NCBI GenBank assembly: GCA_000002435.2
Contig: CM018790.1
DNA from: Giardia intestinalis
Taxonomy: Eukaryota
Direction: 5' to 3' (one strand)
Length of the DNA stretch: 64,000 nucleotides
The position numbers were made by a program, and so were the translations under genes. How positions within the stretch are numbered: position 1 is the first letter of the stretch; every line of letters starts with the position of its first letter. Below, piece after piece: positions 36,086 through 48,525 of the stretch. The notes under the pieces were generated by a model that was not told the origin of the DNA, did no database searches, and worked only from the letters and a program-made list of their open reading frames with translations.

Positions 36086-39000
36086 TGTGGCTCGACGCTC
36101 TGTCACACAGAGATATAGCAGCTCCGTTCGCCAGTCCGCCCCTTCATGGCATCTGTCTGTGCTGCATGACGCACTGGCAGGGAAGGCCCTCCACAGGCCT
36201 GCGGAGAAGTGGAGTCGTACCGATTCCACTCTTATGACCTGCCGCTCCGAGCTTCTGTGACTGGCCGGCTGTGAGATGGATTGATCAGTATAGGTCTCCC
36301 CCTTATGCTGCAAGGCGTACCATAGTAGTGGCTACACGGCGGCCATGCTTCGCTCTTCGCTGTGATGTGAGGGTTTCCTGGCGACCAACTCCCCTGCTGT
36401 GCCAGTCACAATGTCTGCCAAGGAACTGCCTAGGGATCTCCTGAATGCTTGAACAGACCCAATGGAGGCCGGGCCATGAGACGTCCAGCAGCCCCGAGCC
36501 ACGGGTCACCAGCGCATGCCTCGAACACTGTTCCCCCGAGATTCCACTGTTGAAGCCCGGCAGGAGCGATGCCCCGTGGAGGATGGCTGCGTTCTATCGC
36601 GACCCACTGCGACTGTCCCCCTGCTCAGGGGCGCCGTCTGTCATACGACTCAACCCGCTTGCACCATAGACTATTGATGAGCCTGTCCCCTGTCGACTCC
36701 CACGCACTGAAGGGCCCTACTGACCACTTTAGAGACCGTCCCTCGCCGGCCGCAGACCCATCTAGGAGCCAGTGCCTGTCCATCCCCATCTGGGATAGTC
36801 CCACTGGAGTGGACAGCCTTCGGGCACGCAATGGTGTCCCAGCACCCTCAGAGCGGTGGTCCCGCCCACTTGACCGGCTCCAGCCAACCATACCATAGCG
36901 TCTCTCACATAAGGAGTATCCCGCACACTGGAGAAAAGGCAACGTCGAGGCGGCCAGCGCTGTCGGGCCGCCCGCTCCCTGCTGGCAAAGAATAGCGGGA
37001 CCGTAAACAACCTGGGCTATCACTACTCGGCTCAGAGTGCTCAGCTCCTGGAATCGTGGCCGAGAGTGATCATTTGGGCAAGGCACGCAGCGTTGCTATC
37101 GGAGGCACTCTTGTGTTCGAGAGCCTTCCAATAAGACCGGTCCTGCCTGGTGCCAAAGAATGGGCTGTATGCTGGTCAACTGAACTGAAGATTGATGGTA
37201 GTGTTTATGGACAGCAAGCTAGGAAAGTCAGTGGCCTCTAGATTTCATGTCACATTGAGCAACCCACTATACGAAAGCTTGATATCTCAAATAATCAGCT
37301 GACGTTACGAAGTGCTTGGTAGTTTGATAACCATGTGGAGGTGAGACAGTGAGAGAGTCGTAAAGCAGCTTGCAGGCAGAGACGCTGAGGTGCGCAGCGA
37401 TCTGGTCTATCAAGTCTCTGTTGAGTGCACAAGGAATGCTCGAATGTAGTAAACTGGCCGGCCCTCTTTATAGCAGGCAAGGGCTTCTATCTGCACTGTA
37501 CAGTTATGGGATATACCCTTGCAGAATTAGTAAAAACACCCATATAAACAGCACTGAGTGCTTGGGATTTACGCCGGTGAGCAAGAGCTGATTGTGCCAC
37601 CTTGGTTGGCAAGTACTTCAAACTGTGCAACGCATACACCAATCCTTTGGTCAAAGTGAAGGCGACAGTCCTCATGGCACTATAAAATCAACCATGTGAA
37701 TCGTGGGAGCCTCATCTGGTGGCTCGTCTATTGCGGAAAGACGCAATTGAGGAACTGCTGGATAGCAAACATGCTGCCTGTTATCAGGTTACACAGTATA
37801 CCTCTACGACAGAGTCTTTATGCACACGTCGACAAATAGCCGAACACCTTTAAGATTCATAACAAGCAAACACTCAAGAAAGCCTGTGGTATTTCAAATG
37901 CACAAACTCAAAAATCAACCTCCAACCTATCTGTAGACACAATGCTTCAGAGTCGGAGGCCAAAAAGACACCGTGTGCGTCCTTGCTGCAATTCGGATCT
38001 GTAATTAGCATCTCTAGCGCTAGCCTTGCCCCACTAATCTGCTGGTCATTCCTACCTTCTCTGTGCGAACCAGCTCTCCAGGAACCACCGTGCACGGATA
38101 GCCTCCTGTACGCCCAAATAGCATCATTCTTTGTTGAGGTGTGTCACGAAGGGCTAGGTGTTATAAGGTGAGTGCGACTAGAGGCAAAGCCTTCCTGCAG
38201 GCCCGTCTAACACCAGCAATGGGCATCCAAACATGTGCACGGGCCCTTGGCGAGTGCACTGTAATCTAGGCCGGTCAGCACACTAGGCTTGTGACACTTG
38301 GTGCATAGATTTCTGTTTTTAGTTATAAGTCTGGGGATTGTGTCTTACCTTGAAAGGCAGTAGAGTGCTTTGCAGGGCCTTTCTGGGTATACAGCTATCG
38401 CTATAGCTAATGGATGAACAGCAATAAAGACTCTATGCTTAAACAGAGGCATTTCTGATGCAACCAAGTGCTGTCTTCCATCAATAGCAGACAGCTCAAA
38501 CAGGCGGTGTCCACTCTATCATCAGACCTTATGCGGCGTGTGTGCATTATTAGAGAAGCTTCTGTAATCTCTGCTCAGTCTGTTGGGCAGGTACAGCCCA
38601 AGTGTAACGAAGACGGTGGTGGAGGCAGTCACCGGCGCAAGGCAATGAGGCGTATGGCTCAGCACAACAATTCGTTTTTAGAAGCCCTAGGCCTCCAAGA
38701 CGAGCATAGCATACTGTCTGCACATGCAATTCCTCTTTCACGCTGCTTACTCCTATGAGCAGTTGCGATACATCGCATGCCAGAAAACGGCGTAGAGGGT
38801 TCCCAGACTATTGGACCAGTAGACCGAACTGACAAGGGTAGCTAGCCATGCATGCAGAAGCTCTGTCCTGGGGGCAGTGGGTGCGACGGCTGCCTCAAGT
38901 TTTTTAGTATCCAGACACAGGCTAATTACGTGTATATCGAGGGGTCGTTCTGGCTGATCTGGCTATGGCTGCACAGACGATGCAGAGCAATAACCCGGTC

Positions 39001-40200
39001 ACCACCTCAGTTCCCTGTCTGTTCTGAGCTCCAAGTCACGACCAACCAGCGAAGAATGATCTTCTTCGCCCTACATAGAGCTCTCCTAGACAGATATGCT
39101 CCCAGGTGTGGCTAGCCAACATTAGGGGCTACTCGTAGCCGGCGTTCCTCAATACTTGCCCAGTCTCACTTACATCTGCATTCACTTTGGACGCCAGAGG
39201 ATGCTGGGCTAAACATGTATTTACAAAGGGCACATATGATGACAGAAGGACGTAGTCATCTCCTGAACTTCCCTAACTTAGTTGGGCAACGTGCCCTTCA
39301 GAATGCACGATGGAGCTCACTGGTAGATGCATCGTCACAGCTTCGATGTCTTAGAATGCTTGATTGGCCGACAGTGATAACGCTCCTCTTCTGCCATATA
39401 ATCTGCCGCTTCCTGTCTAAGGGTATTGATCACTAACTATGTATAGCACTTTTCTTGGTTGCCATTATAGGTGTACCTCTTGATACTTGGGTTACCTGTT
39501 CTTCGCTGCACTGTTCTATTATCCCCTGCGGCAGGAGCTATATCGAAATCCTTGGTCGGCATATCTTGGGATCACCTCCCGCGCTCATATCGTCGTAGAG
39601 CACTGGTCCTCAGGTCGTCCCCAGCCATTGTGAGAGCCACACTATATGACCAAATGCGGGGCTTATTCCGCTCCGGATGCCTTGCCTGCCGGCGTGCCCT
39701 CTGGCTTGCCGACGCCTGTGGATGGAGACGCGTCGCTGCAGCCACACAGTTATTTACGCATCTTAGAAGCGCCCGTACTGGACAGCGTAGGGTTTTGCTT
39801 ATTTAGTACAGCTCCGTGATGCAGAAGACTCTAAAAGGAGGCCTGGGAACCCAGTCCAGTCCGGAGGGGAGGCATGCCGCGGAGTTATCCATTTCTCATT
39901 GAGGTCTAAAACGTCAGCGGACCACGGGAGGTCTCTCGCCACAGCAGCCGGCTGGCATTCTGTCACCTTATTACGGATATGAAGGCTGCCCACATGAGTC
40001 AACGCCGAAGCAAGACGTCTGGTCTGACAGAACTGCTGGGCAGAGCAGGTGGCAGAGCTGATATATTGAGAGATTTACTCTCCGTTTCACCGGGGCGGGG
40101 TTGCTACCTGCTATCTGAGTGGTCTCCCATGCGAGCCACCGCCTCCCTGGGCAAGCGGGTATCTCTCGCCCTTGCATCGGCTGAGATCCGAACCTAGAGT

Positions 40201-40616
40201 CCAAGATCGGATGCCCTCGATTCCGGCGGAAGAACTCCTATGCCCGCCTCCCCTGGAAGCTGCCGCTCCTCGCGGTGCCTCTAGGGTTCCTTCCTCCAAC
40301 CAGTTATGGGCAGGCAGAAGCGCTACCCACTTTTATCCGAACCAAGCATTCCCTCAAGGGCCTCTCCGACCCACCCGTCGAGGGATTCACATAGGTCACG
40401 TGTGGGTCCATCTCGACAAGCGGGCGATTATCCTGGCCAGCGTCAGCTTAGCATGATGAGAGGTTGGCGCCATCACCAGCTACATGCCTTCAGTCGCCTT
40501 CTCTATCGCCTTGAGAGAAGAAGCATCCTCCTTTGTCGTCAAAATGGGACAACATCCGAACCTCGATTCCCAGACTTCGGATGGTGAACAGGCGAAGGAG
40601 CGCCCAATATGGCACC
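40201..40616. repeat. Small inverted element, copy B (core 40201-40443, diverged extension to about 40616)
   Basis: Same evidence as copy A; coordinate sum is about 73956. It lies 590 bp inside the spacer from the inner end of the left arm, so the pair brackets the left arm and not the whole palindrome. Confidence 0.8.
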
Positions 40617-43600
40617 TGCGTGAGGGATTTACTCGGATAGCAGCTACGGCGTCTGGCTGCTTGTTTCTCCTACAAGCCTAGTAATTGACCAGGGTTGCTT
40701 TACAGTCGTGGAGACACTGCTGCGTCTCTCTAAGTCTTTTAGAGAGACGATCCAGTTTAGTGTAGAAGGAATGAGCGCGACCCAGCCCGTGCCTACGTGT
40801 TGCTCTACGGTTTGCTGCTCCTGCTTGCTGTCTTCGTTTCCCTGAAAGCAGCCACGGTGGCTCTCTGGAGCAATCGCTTGCATCCATCCACAACCCTAGG
40901 CGTTACGACTTGGAAGGCCATGTCATCGCATAAGCTCTATGGAAGGCATTTACTAGCCATGGTAGATGGAGGTCGCTGCCTCTGAGGCCCTGATGCATGC
41001 TGAGCCTAAAAGACGCTGACTCCACTGGCTGCAGGAGCCGCCACTTACTGTGACAGCTTGAAGTAGCACCACTTCGAGGACAGAGGATATCCACAGCTCG
41101 AGAGGACGCGGCGGCAGAGAACAGACTCAGGCATAGCCACAAACAGACCCACCAATCCGGATGGATGAGGGCGGACACCTAATTGGCAAGCCGTTGGCTA
41201 GTCTATGTAGAGGCGCATCCTCTAACAGCAGGGTCTGGCACACGAAGTCTAAGGGCGACCATGGGTACACAGCAGACGGGCAGAAGCCTGCTTCGTAGTG
41301 TGTGGAGGCTTTGATGAGGCAATCCTAAGTTTAATGAAGGCCGGGACCGGTAGCTCTAACAGACAGTTCCCCAGCTTTGGAATACTTGCGTCACCATAGA
41401 GTCAATACAGTGAGTTGTCTGTAGTAACAAGTCTGTGGAGATAAGAGCAGACTCCTATCAAACTAACTAGATACTAATGGATCCTAGCGTGAACTCGCAG
41501 TATAGGGACTTGCAGAAGGCACCGCGTTCTACTCATCTGAGTAAGACAGCCAACTGAGTGAACCCATAATGCAAAGACCACGAGGCCAAGGGCTCCTCCA
41601 TAGCCTAAAAGCTAACATCACAAGAGTCACACTGGCCGCGGAGTGCTTTCCGATCCCCTGAGGCTTAGCGGCATGGCTTCGTTCCCTAGTACGGCCAGAC
41701 AGACTTGAGACACGAGATACTCTGTCTGCTGCAAAGCACACCTTCTGGCAGCGACTCAGGTCTATCGGGTAACTCTCGCATAGAGGAGGCAGATGGGTCC
41801 GAAGCGCCATCGCTCGCCTGATAACTCTGAGTCATGGAAGAGGAAGCTGTTTATGAGAATGCACCCCTAGTGTGTAGATCCGCGTTTTCATGCGAAGTGA
41901 GAAGACGCTCCTGGATTGATCTGTCATGCCTCCATCTGCTCTAGCAAAATGTAACGCAACGCATGCACTATTGATCTATGTCGCCATGACAGCCATAGTT
42001 AACTAGCCAACGAGACAATCGCTAGAGGAACCCTTGGACACTTATGAGCAGAGGCGCAGCCTGAGAGCAGTCATCTGGCCGCTAAGTGATGGAGGAGCAG
42101 ACACAGCGCTGCTCCGTGCAATCACACTCTCTCACTTTAGTGGCTATGTGGGCAGCCCCGGTCTTGTGAGGTCTGCGGATAAGCTGCTTCATCCCATAAA
42201 GCATCCAGAATTACTACAGGTGACCCCTGCAAAGTCTTACTGCGGGAGGTCATGCTTCACTAAAGACGTGGCTCTGGAAACACATTGACTGATGGGAGCT
42301 CCCCTCTGGCGTTCTTAGGGGCGGTGTCTGTCTACAATAGCTCCTACACCCACTGCCTGTCTATGGCCCAACTCTGCCGTATTAGACCCCTGTCTCCACT
42401 GAATGGCTGATTCGAGGGTGATGCTGGTTACCAGGATGATACCTTACATTGACTGCTAAGAGCTGTCTTTGCATATATTACGCTGCTTAGTGTTGCACTC
42501 AAACGAAGCTTGCTATTGCTCCGCAACTATTGTGGATTGGAAGAACAGTTAGCATTCTCAGTAGTTCATGTGGTAATTGGAAGCCAGGGAAGTCTAAGTT
42601 GAGTGGGAAAGCTTGAAGAGGGAGTAGCAGCTCTTGTACTCCTCTGCTGAGTGATGCAGAGAACTGGCTCGTTTCTTAGCGTCGATAGTTCTTCAGAATG
42701 CACGTTTCTTTGTTTAAGACTTGCATGCTTCGGATTGCCCTCTGTTGCCAGCAGAGCAGCCACCGCCCTGTGTGTCTCCTTCAGACATATGCCCATCTAT
42801 AGTGGCGTCTCCTGTCTTTTCTCTGGAGAGGCATAACAGTCCCAATCCAGACACCTTGCTCTCAGCACACACCTCGTATCTATCAGAGGTCAAGTGTTCG
42901 TCAGCCATATCCCATAAGCATCAGTACTGTGCCACTATGTTACTTCCTGTCCCTCTTGAGGGGCGCGCTCTGACCATCCCAGTGTCTCTATGATAGGAGA
43001 GCTGTGGATCCAGAGGCGGTCATGGCTTTCTGGCCCTCTCTGCTGTCCAGTAGACTGCAAGAGTGCCCTTCGGGGGTCGGTCCCCTAACCTTCTGTTCTC
43101 TCGAGGAAGTGGTCCTTGGATAGCGCCACTTGGATGATTCCCGAAGCCTCACTGCACGGGTGCTGCTTTACAAACACTCCTGGCTGAAGCTGGACCCGAA
43201 TCCTCCTAGAGTTACCTGCTGGCCCAGTCCTTGATTGCTATCAGCAGAGGTCTCAACCTTCCAAGGACATCTCGGGGACAATACGTTTGGCCCACGTCAG
43301 CGCCACTTCCTGGCAGGGGCATGCAGAAGATCTGCTCCCTCTTGTAGATCCATCATTGGTATCGAGAGTACTGCGCCTGTCACTCTCGCTGGAAGTGTCG
43401 ATAGATGGTGCCCCGTATCTATCCCATTGAAGAGTTGGAGGTCCGCCAGGACAGCGAAGATGATCCCATCAGGGCTGTGATCATATACCCGCCATTATAG
43501 CAACCATAGTGTAGATAAGACAACTGTCTGGGCCCTGCAACTCCCGGCGTAGGACGCCAGGAGGCATAGCTAATTCAAGCTAATAAAGGCCACCCCTGTC

Positions 43601-46600
43601 ATAGCAGGCTCAGAAAGTAGAGAATGAGTGACGTACCTGGTGTCCATCCACGCACGCATGCAGCCTGGAAGCCCTGCTCAAAGCACCGAGGCCTGCAGGG
43701 GTGTGGCATCCGAACAGGCCCGACAGTTATGGTTGTTTCTGAAAACAGCCAACATGACTGGATGAGGACATAAGAACTCACGGAGACCCTCACAGTCTTG
43801 ATGTCTGGGAGAACGTGGGGGCTGACCACTCCAAGATTGTCCATCTCATGAGCTGGCTTTCGACAGTAGGCATAACAAAAAAGTGACCTCCAGTCATACA
43901 CAATCTCATGCCAGCCCATCGCAGGATAGACCATCATTGCCTGACCTACCAATCCGTCCATTTCTGTGATAGATGTAACAGTACTTCATCATCGGCCACC
44001 TTGCGGCTACACAGTCAGGGTATTATCCGTGACATTGCTTGCTGATGCTCTGCATAGGGCCCTGTCCTCGTAGAGTGACAGATGAGCCTCTCTGTATATG
44101 TGGATCTAATGATATGGCTCCTCTGGGACTTTCCACCTCTGCTTCTGTCTAGTATCTCACATCAATATGAAGTGGCCAGTGGCTGTTATTGGATCTTGCA
44201 GCATAACTATTACACATTTGTGTGCCCATCAAGACTACCATATAGGGTCACACAAGCCGAGAGCTCTGTCAGGCAGTTATTGGACTCGATGTCAAGATGG
44301 CAGGAGGACAACACTCCCAAGGGTCGCTGAAGCATGAAGCGTTATATAGATCGTATAGCACACCAGCTGCAGCACAACGGCAGAGGGCATACCTAGATGT
44401 AGATAGCGCCTACAGCAAGCGGCATGCTGTCGTTGTCGGTACAACGGGCATAGTGGCTACTGGACCCACGCTTTAGTAGCCTCGATTGGAGCAATTGCAC
44501 AGCGAAGGAGCAGGGCGTAGGGGCATGGGCACCAACCGGTCGAGCAACGTGTACATGTACGAGCACAGTTATGAGTCTCGCCTACACTGTTGGGTGGTGC
44601 TCTGCTTTGATGCTGACTCAGCGGACCAACCCTCACATCTGTGACAGAAGGTAGGACATCGTGCTGATCATGCGGTGAGAGGCCTTCATGCGGGCCTTTA
44701 ACTAGCCTAGGCAGCACTTAGAAGCGGCCAACCCTCTCGTACCACGTCTCCTCTCTAAATAGGACTGAATGCATCCATGGTACCCTTCTAGGGTCTTAGT
44801 ATCATGGAGCCCGTGCCAGGCAGGAAGGTTCTATATTACATGGCATGCGAGCTGCTAGGATGTGTAAACACTTGCGTGGTTGTAGCGACGCGTCCTCATC
44901 AGCAAGTGTCAGAGTACATCGGTGGACAGGTGCATATTAAGTCAGGCACTCTGTGTGCGATCATGCATCACAGCTCTCGTAACGGGCCACAGGCAGCCTG
45001 GGGACCAGTGCTCTACGACGATATGAGCGCGGGAGGTGATCCCAAGATATGCCGACCAAGGATTTCGATATAGCTCCTGCCGCAGGGGATAATAGAACAG
45101 TGCAGCGAAGAACAGGTAACCCAAGTATCAAGAGGTACACCTATAATGGCAACCAAGAAAAGTGCTATACATAGTTAGTGATCAATACCCTTAGACAGGA
45201 AGCGGCAGATTATATGGCAGAAGAGGAGCGTTATCACTGTCGGCCAATCAAGCATTCTAAGACATCGAAGCTGTGACGATGCATCTACCAGTGAGCTCCA
45301 TCGTGCATTCTGAAGGGCACGTTGCCCAACTAAGTTAGGGAAGTTCAGGAGATGACTACGTCCTTCTGTCATCATATGTGCCCTTTGTAAATACATGTTT
45401 AGCCCAGCATCCTCTGGCGTCCAAAGTGAATGCAGATGTAAGTGAGACTGGGCAAGTATTGAGGAACGCCGGCTACGAGTAGCCCCTAATGTTGGCTAGC
45501 CACACCTGGGAGCATATCTGTCTAGGAGAGCTCTATGTAGGGCGAAGAAGATCATTCTTCGCTGGTTGGTCGTGACTTGGAGCTCAGAACAGACAGGGAA
45601 CTGAGGTGGTGACCGGGTTATTGCTCTGCATCGTCTGTGCAGCCATAGCCAGATCAGCCAGAACGACCCCTCGATATACACGTAATTAGCCTGTGTCTGG
45701 ATACTAAAAAACTTGAGGCAGCCGTCGCACCCACTGCCCCCAGGACAGAGCTTCTGCATGCATGGCTAGCTACCCTTGTCAGTTCGGTCTACTGGTCCAA
45801 TAGTCTGGGAACCCTCTACGCCGTTTTCTGGCATGCGATGTATCGCAACTGCTCATAGGAGTAAGCAGCGTGAAAGAGGAATTGCATGTGCAGACAGTAT
45901 GCTATGCTCGTCTTGGAGGCCTAGGGCTTCTAAAAACGAATTGTTGTGCTGAGCCATACGCCTCATTGCCTTGCGCCGGTGACTGCCTCCACCACCGTCT
46001 TCGTTACACTTGGGCTGTACCTGCCCAACAGACTGAGCAGAGATTACAGAAGCTTCTCTAATAATGCACACACGCCGCATAAGGTCTGATGATAGAGTGG
46101 ACACCGCCTGTTTGAGCTGTCTGCTATTGATGGAAGACAGCACTTGGTTGCATCAGAAATGCCTCTGTTTAAGCATAGAGTCTTTATTGCTGTTCATCCA
46201 TTAGCTATAGCGATAGCTGTATACCCAGAAAGGCCCTGCAAAGCACTCTACTGCCTTTCAAGGTAAGACACAATCCCCAGACTTATAACTAAAAACAGAA
46301 ATCTATGCACCAAGTGTCACAAGCCTAGTGTGCTGACCGGCCTAGATTACAGTGCACTCGCCAAGGGCCCGTGCACATGTTTGGATGCCCATTGCTGGTG
46401 TTAGACGGGCCTGCAGGAAGGCTTTGCCTCTAGTCGCACTCACCTTATAACACCTAGCCCTTCGTGACACACCTCAACAAAGAATGATGCTATTTGGGCG
46501 TACAGGAGGCTATCCGTGCACGGTGGTTCCTGGAGAGCTGGTTCGCACAGAGAAGGTAGGAATGACCAGCAGATTAGTGGGGCAAGGCTAGCGCTAGAGA

Positions 46601-48525
46601 TGCTAATTACAGATCCGAATTGCAGCAAGGACGCACACGGTGTCTTTTTGGCCTCCGACTCTGAAGCATTGTGTCTACAGATAGGTTGGAGGTTGATTTT
46701 TGAGTTTGTGCATTTGAAATACCACAGGCTTTCTTGAGTGTTTGCTTGTTATGAATCTTAAAGGTGTTCGGCTATTTGTCGACGTGTGCATAAAGACTCT
46801 GTCGTAGAGGTATACTGTGTAACCTGATAACAGGCAGCATGTTTGCTATCCAGCAGTTCCTCAATTGCGTCTTTCCGCAATAGACGAGCCACCAGATGAG
46901 GCTCCCACGATTCACATGGTTGATTTTATAGTGCCATGAGGACTGTCGCCTTCACTTTGACCAAAGGATTGGTGTATGCGTTGCACAGTTTGAAGTACTT
47001 GCCAACCAAGGTGGCACAATCAGCTCTTGCTCACCGGCGTAAATCCCAAGCACTCAGTGCTGTTTATATGGGTGTTTTTACTAATTCTGCAAGGGTATAT
47101 CCCATAACTGTACAGTGCAGATAGAAGCCCTTGCCTGCTATAAAGAGGGCCGGCCAGTTTACTACATTCGAGCATTCCTTGTGCACTCAACAGAGACTTG
47201 ATAGACCAGATCGCTGCGCACCTCAGCGTCTCTGCCTGCAAGCTGCTTTACGACTCTCTCACTGTCTCACCTCCACATGGTTATCAAACTACCAAGCACT
47301 TCGTAACGTCAGCTGATTATTTGAGATATCAAGCTTTCGTATAGTGGGTTGCTCAATGTGACATGAAATCTAGAGGCCACTGACTTTCCTAGCTTGCTGT
47401 CCATAAACACTACCATCAATCTTCAGTTCAGTTGACCAGCATACAGCCCATTCTTTGGCACCAGGCAGGACCGGTCTTATTGGAAGGCTCTCGAACACAA
47501 GAGTGCCTCCGATAGCAACGCTGCGTGCCTTGCCCAAATGATCACTCTCGGCCACGATTCCAGGAGCTGAGCACTCTGAGCCGAGTAGTGATAGCCCAGG
47601 TTGTTTACGGTCCCGCTATTCTTTGCCAGCAGGGAGCGGGCGGCCCGACAGCGCTGGCCGCCTCGACGTTGCCTTTTCTCCAGTGTGCGGGATACTCCTT
47701 ATGTGAGAGACGCTATGGTATGGTTGGCTGGAGCCGGTCAAGTGGGCGGGACCACCGCTCTGAGGGTGCTGGGACACCATTGCGTGCCCGAAGGCTGTCC
47801 ACTCCAGTGGGACTATCCCAGATGGGGATGGACAGGCACTGGCTCCTAGATGGGTCTGCGGCCGGCGAGGGACGGTCTCTAAAGTGGTCAGTAGGGCCCT
47901 TCAGTGCGTGGGAGTCGACAGGGGACAGGCTCATCAATAGTCTATGGTGCAAGCGGGTTGAGTCGTATGACAGACGGCGCCCCTGAGCAGGGGGACAGTC
48001 GCAGTGGGTCGCGATAGAACGCAGCCATCCTCCACGGGGCATCGCTCCTGCCGGGCTTCAACAGTGGAATCTCGGGGGAACAGTGTTCGAGGCATGCGCT
48101 GGTGACCCGTGGCTCGGGGCTGCTGGACGTCTCATGGCCCGGCCTCCATTGGGTCTGTTCAAGCATTCAGGAGATCCCTAGGCAGTTCCTTGGCAGACAT
48201 TGTGACTGGCACAGCAGGGGAGTTGGTCGCCAGGAAACCCTCACATCACAGCGAAGAGCGAAGCATGGCCGCCGTGTAGCCACTACTATGGTACGCCTTG
48301 CAGCATAAGGGGGAGACCTATACTGATCAATCCATCTCACAGCCGGCCAGTCACAGAAGCTCGGAGCGGCAGGTCATAAGAGTGGAATCGGTACGACTCC
48401 ACTTCTCCGCAGGCCTGTGGAGGGCCTTCCCTGCCAGTGCGTCATGCAGCACAGACAGATGCCATGAAGGGGCGGACTGGCGAACGGAGCTGCTATATCT
48501 CTGTGTGACAGAGCGTCGAGCCACA

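Larger units (their letters stand above)
33961..39609. repeat. Left arm of a perfect large inverted duplication (5,649 bp); it carries one VSP gene plus about 3.5 kb of upstream ORF-free sequence
   Basis: Every six-frame ORF in 33.9-39.6 kb has an identical-length, identical-sequence mirror partner in 45.0-50.7 kb with coordinate sum 84611 (for example 36625..37086- equals 47525..47986+, and 39215..39436+ equals 45175..45396-). I verified the reverse-complement nucleotide match at the outer boundary (33961-33990 vs 50621-50650, diverging immediately outside it) and across the inner boundary (39421-39550 vs 45061-45190, then 39551-39609 vs 45002-45060, one mismatch at 39610/45001 followed by degeneration). 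Confidence 0.9.

Noticed and set aside
39610-45001. Short ORFs (60-120 aa) scattered through the unique spacer
   Set aside because: None has a recognisable motif or a plausible start context. Their density and lengths are what random GC-balanced sequence produces.
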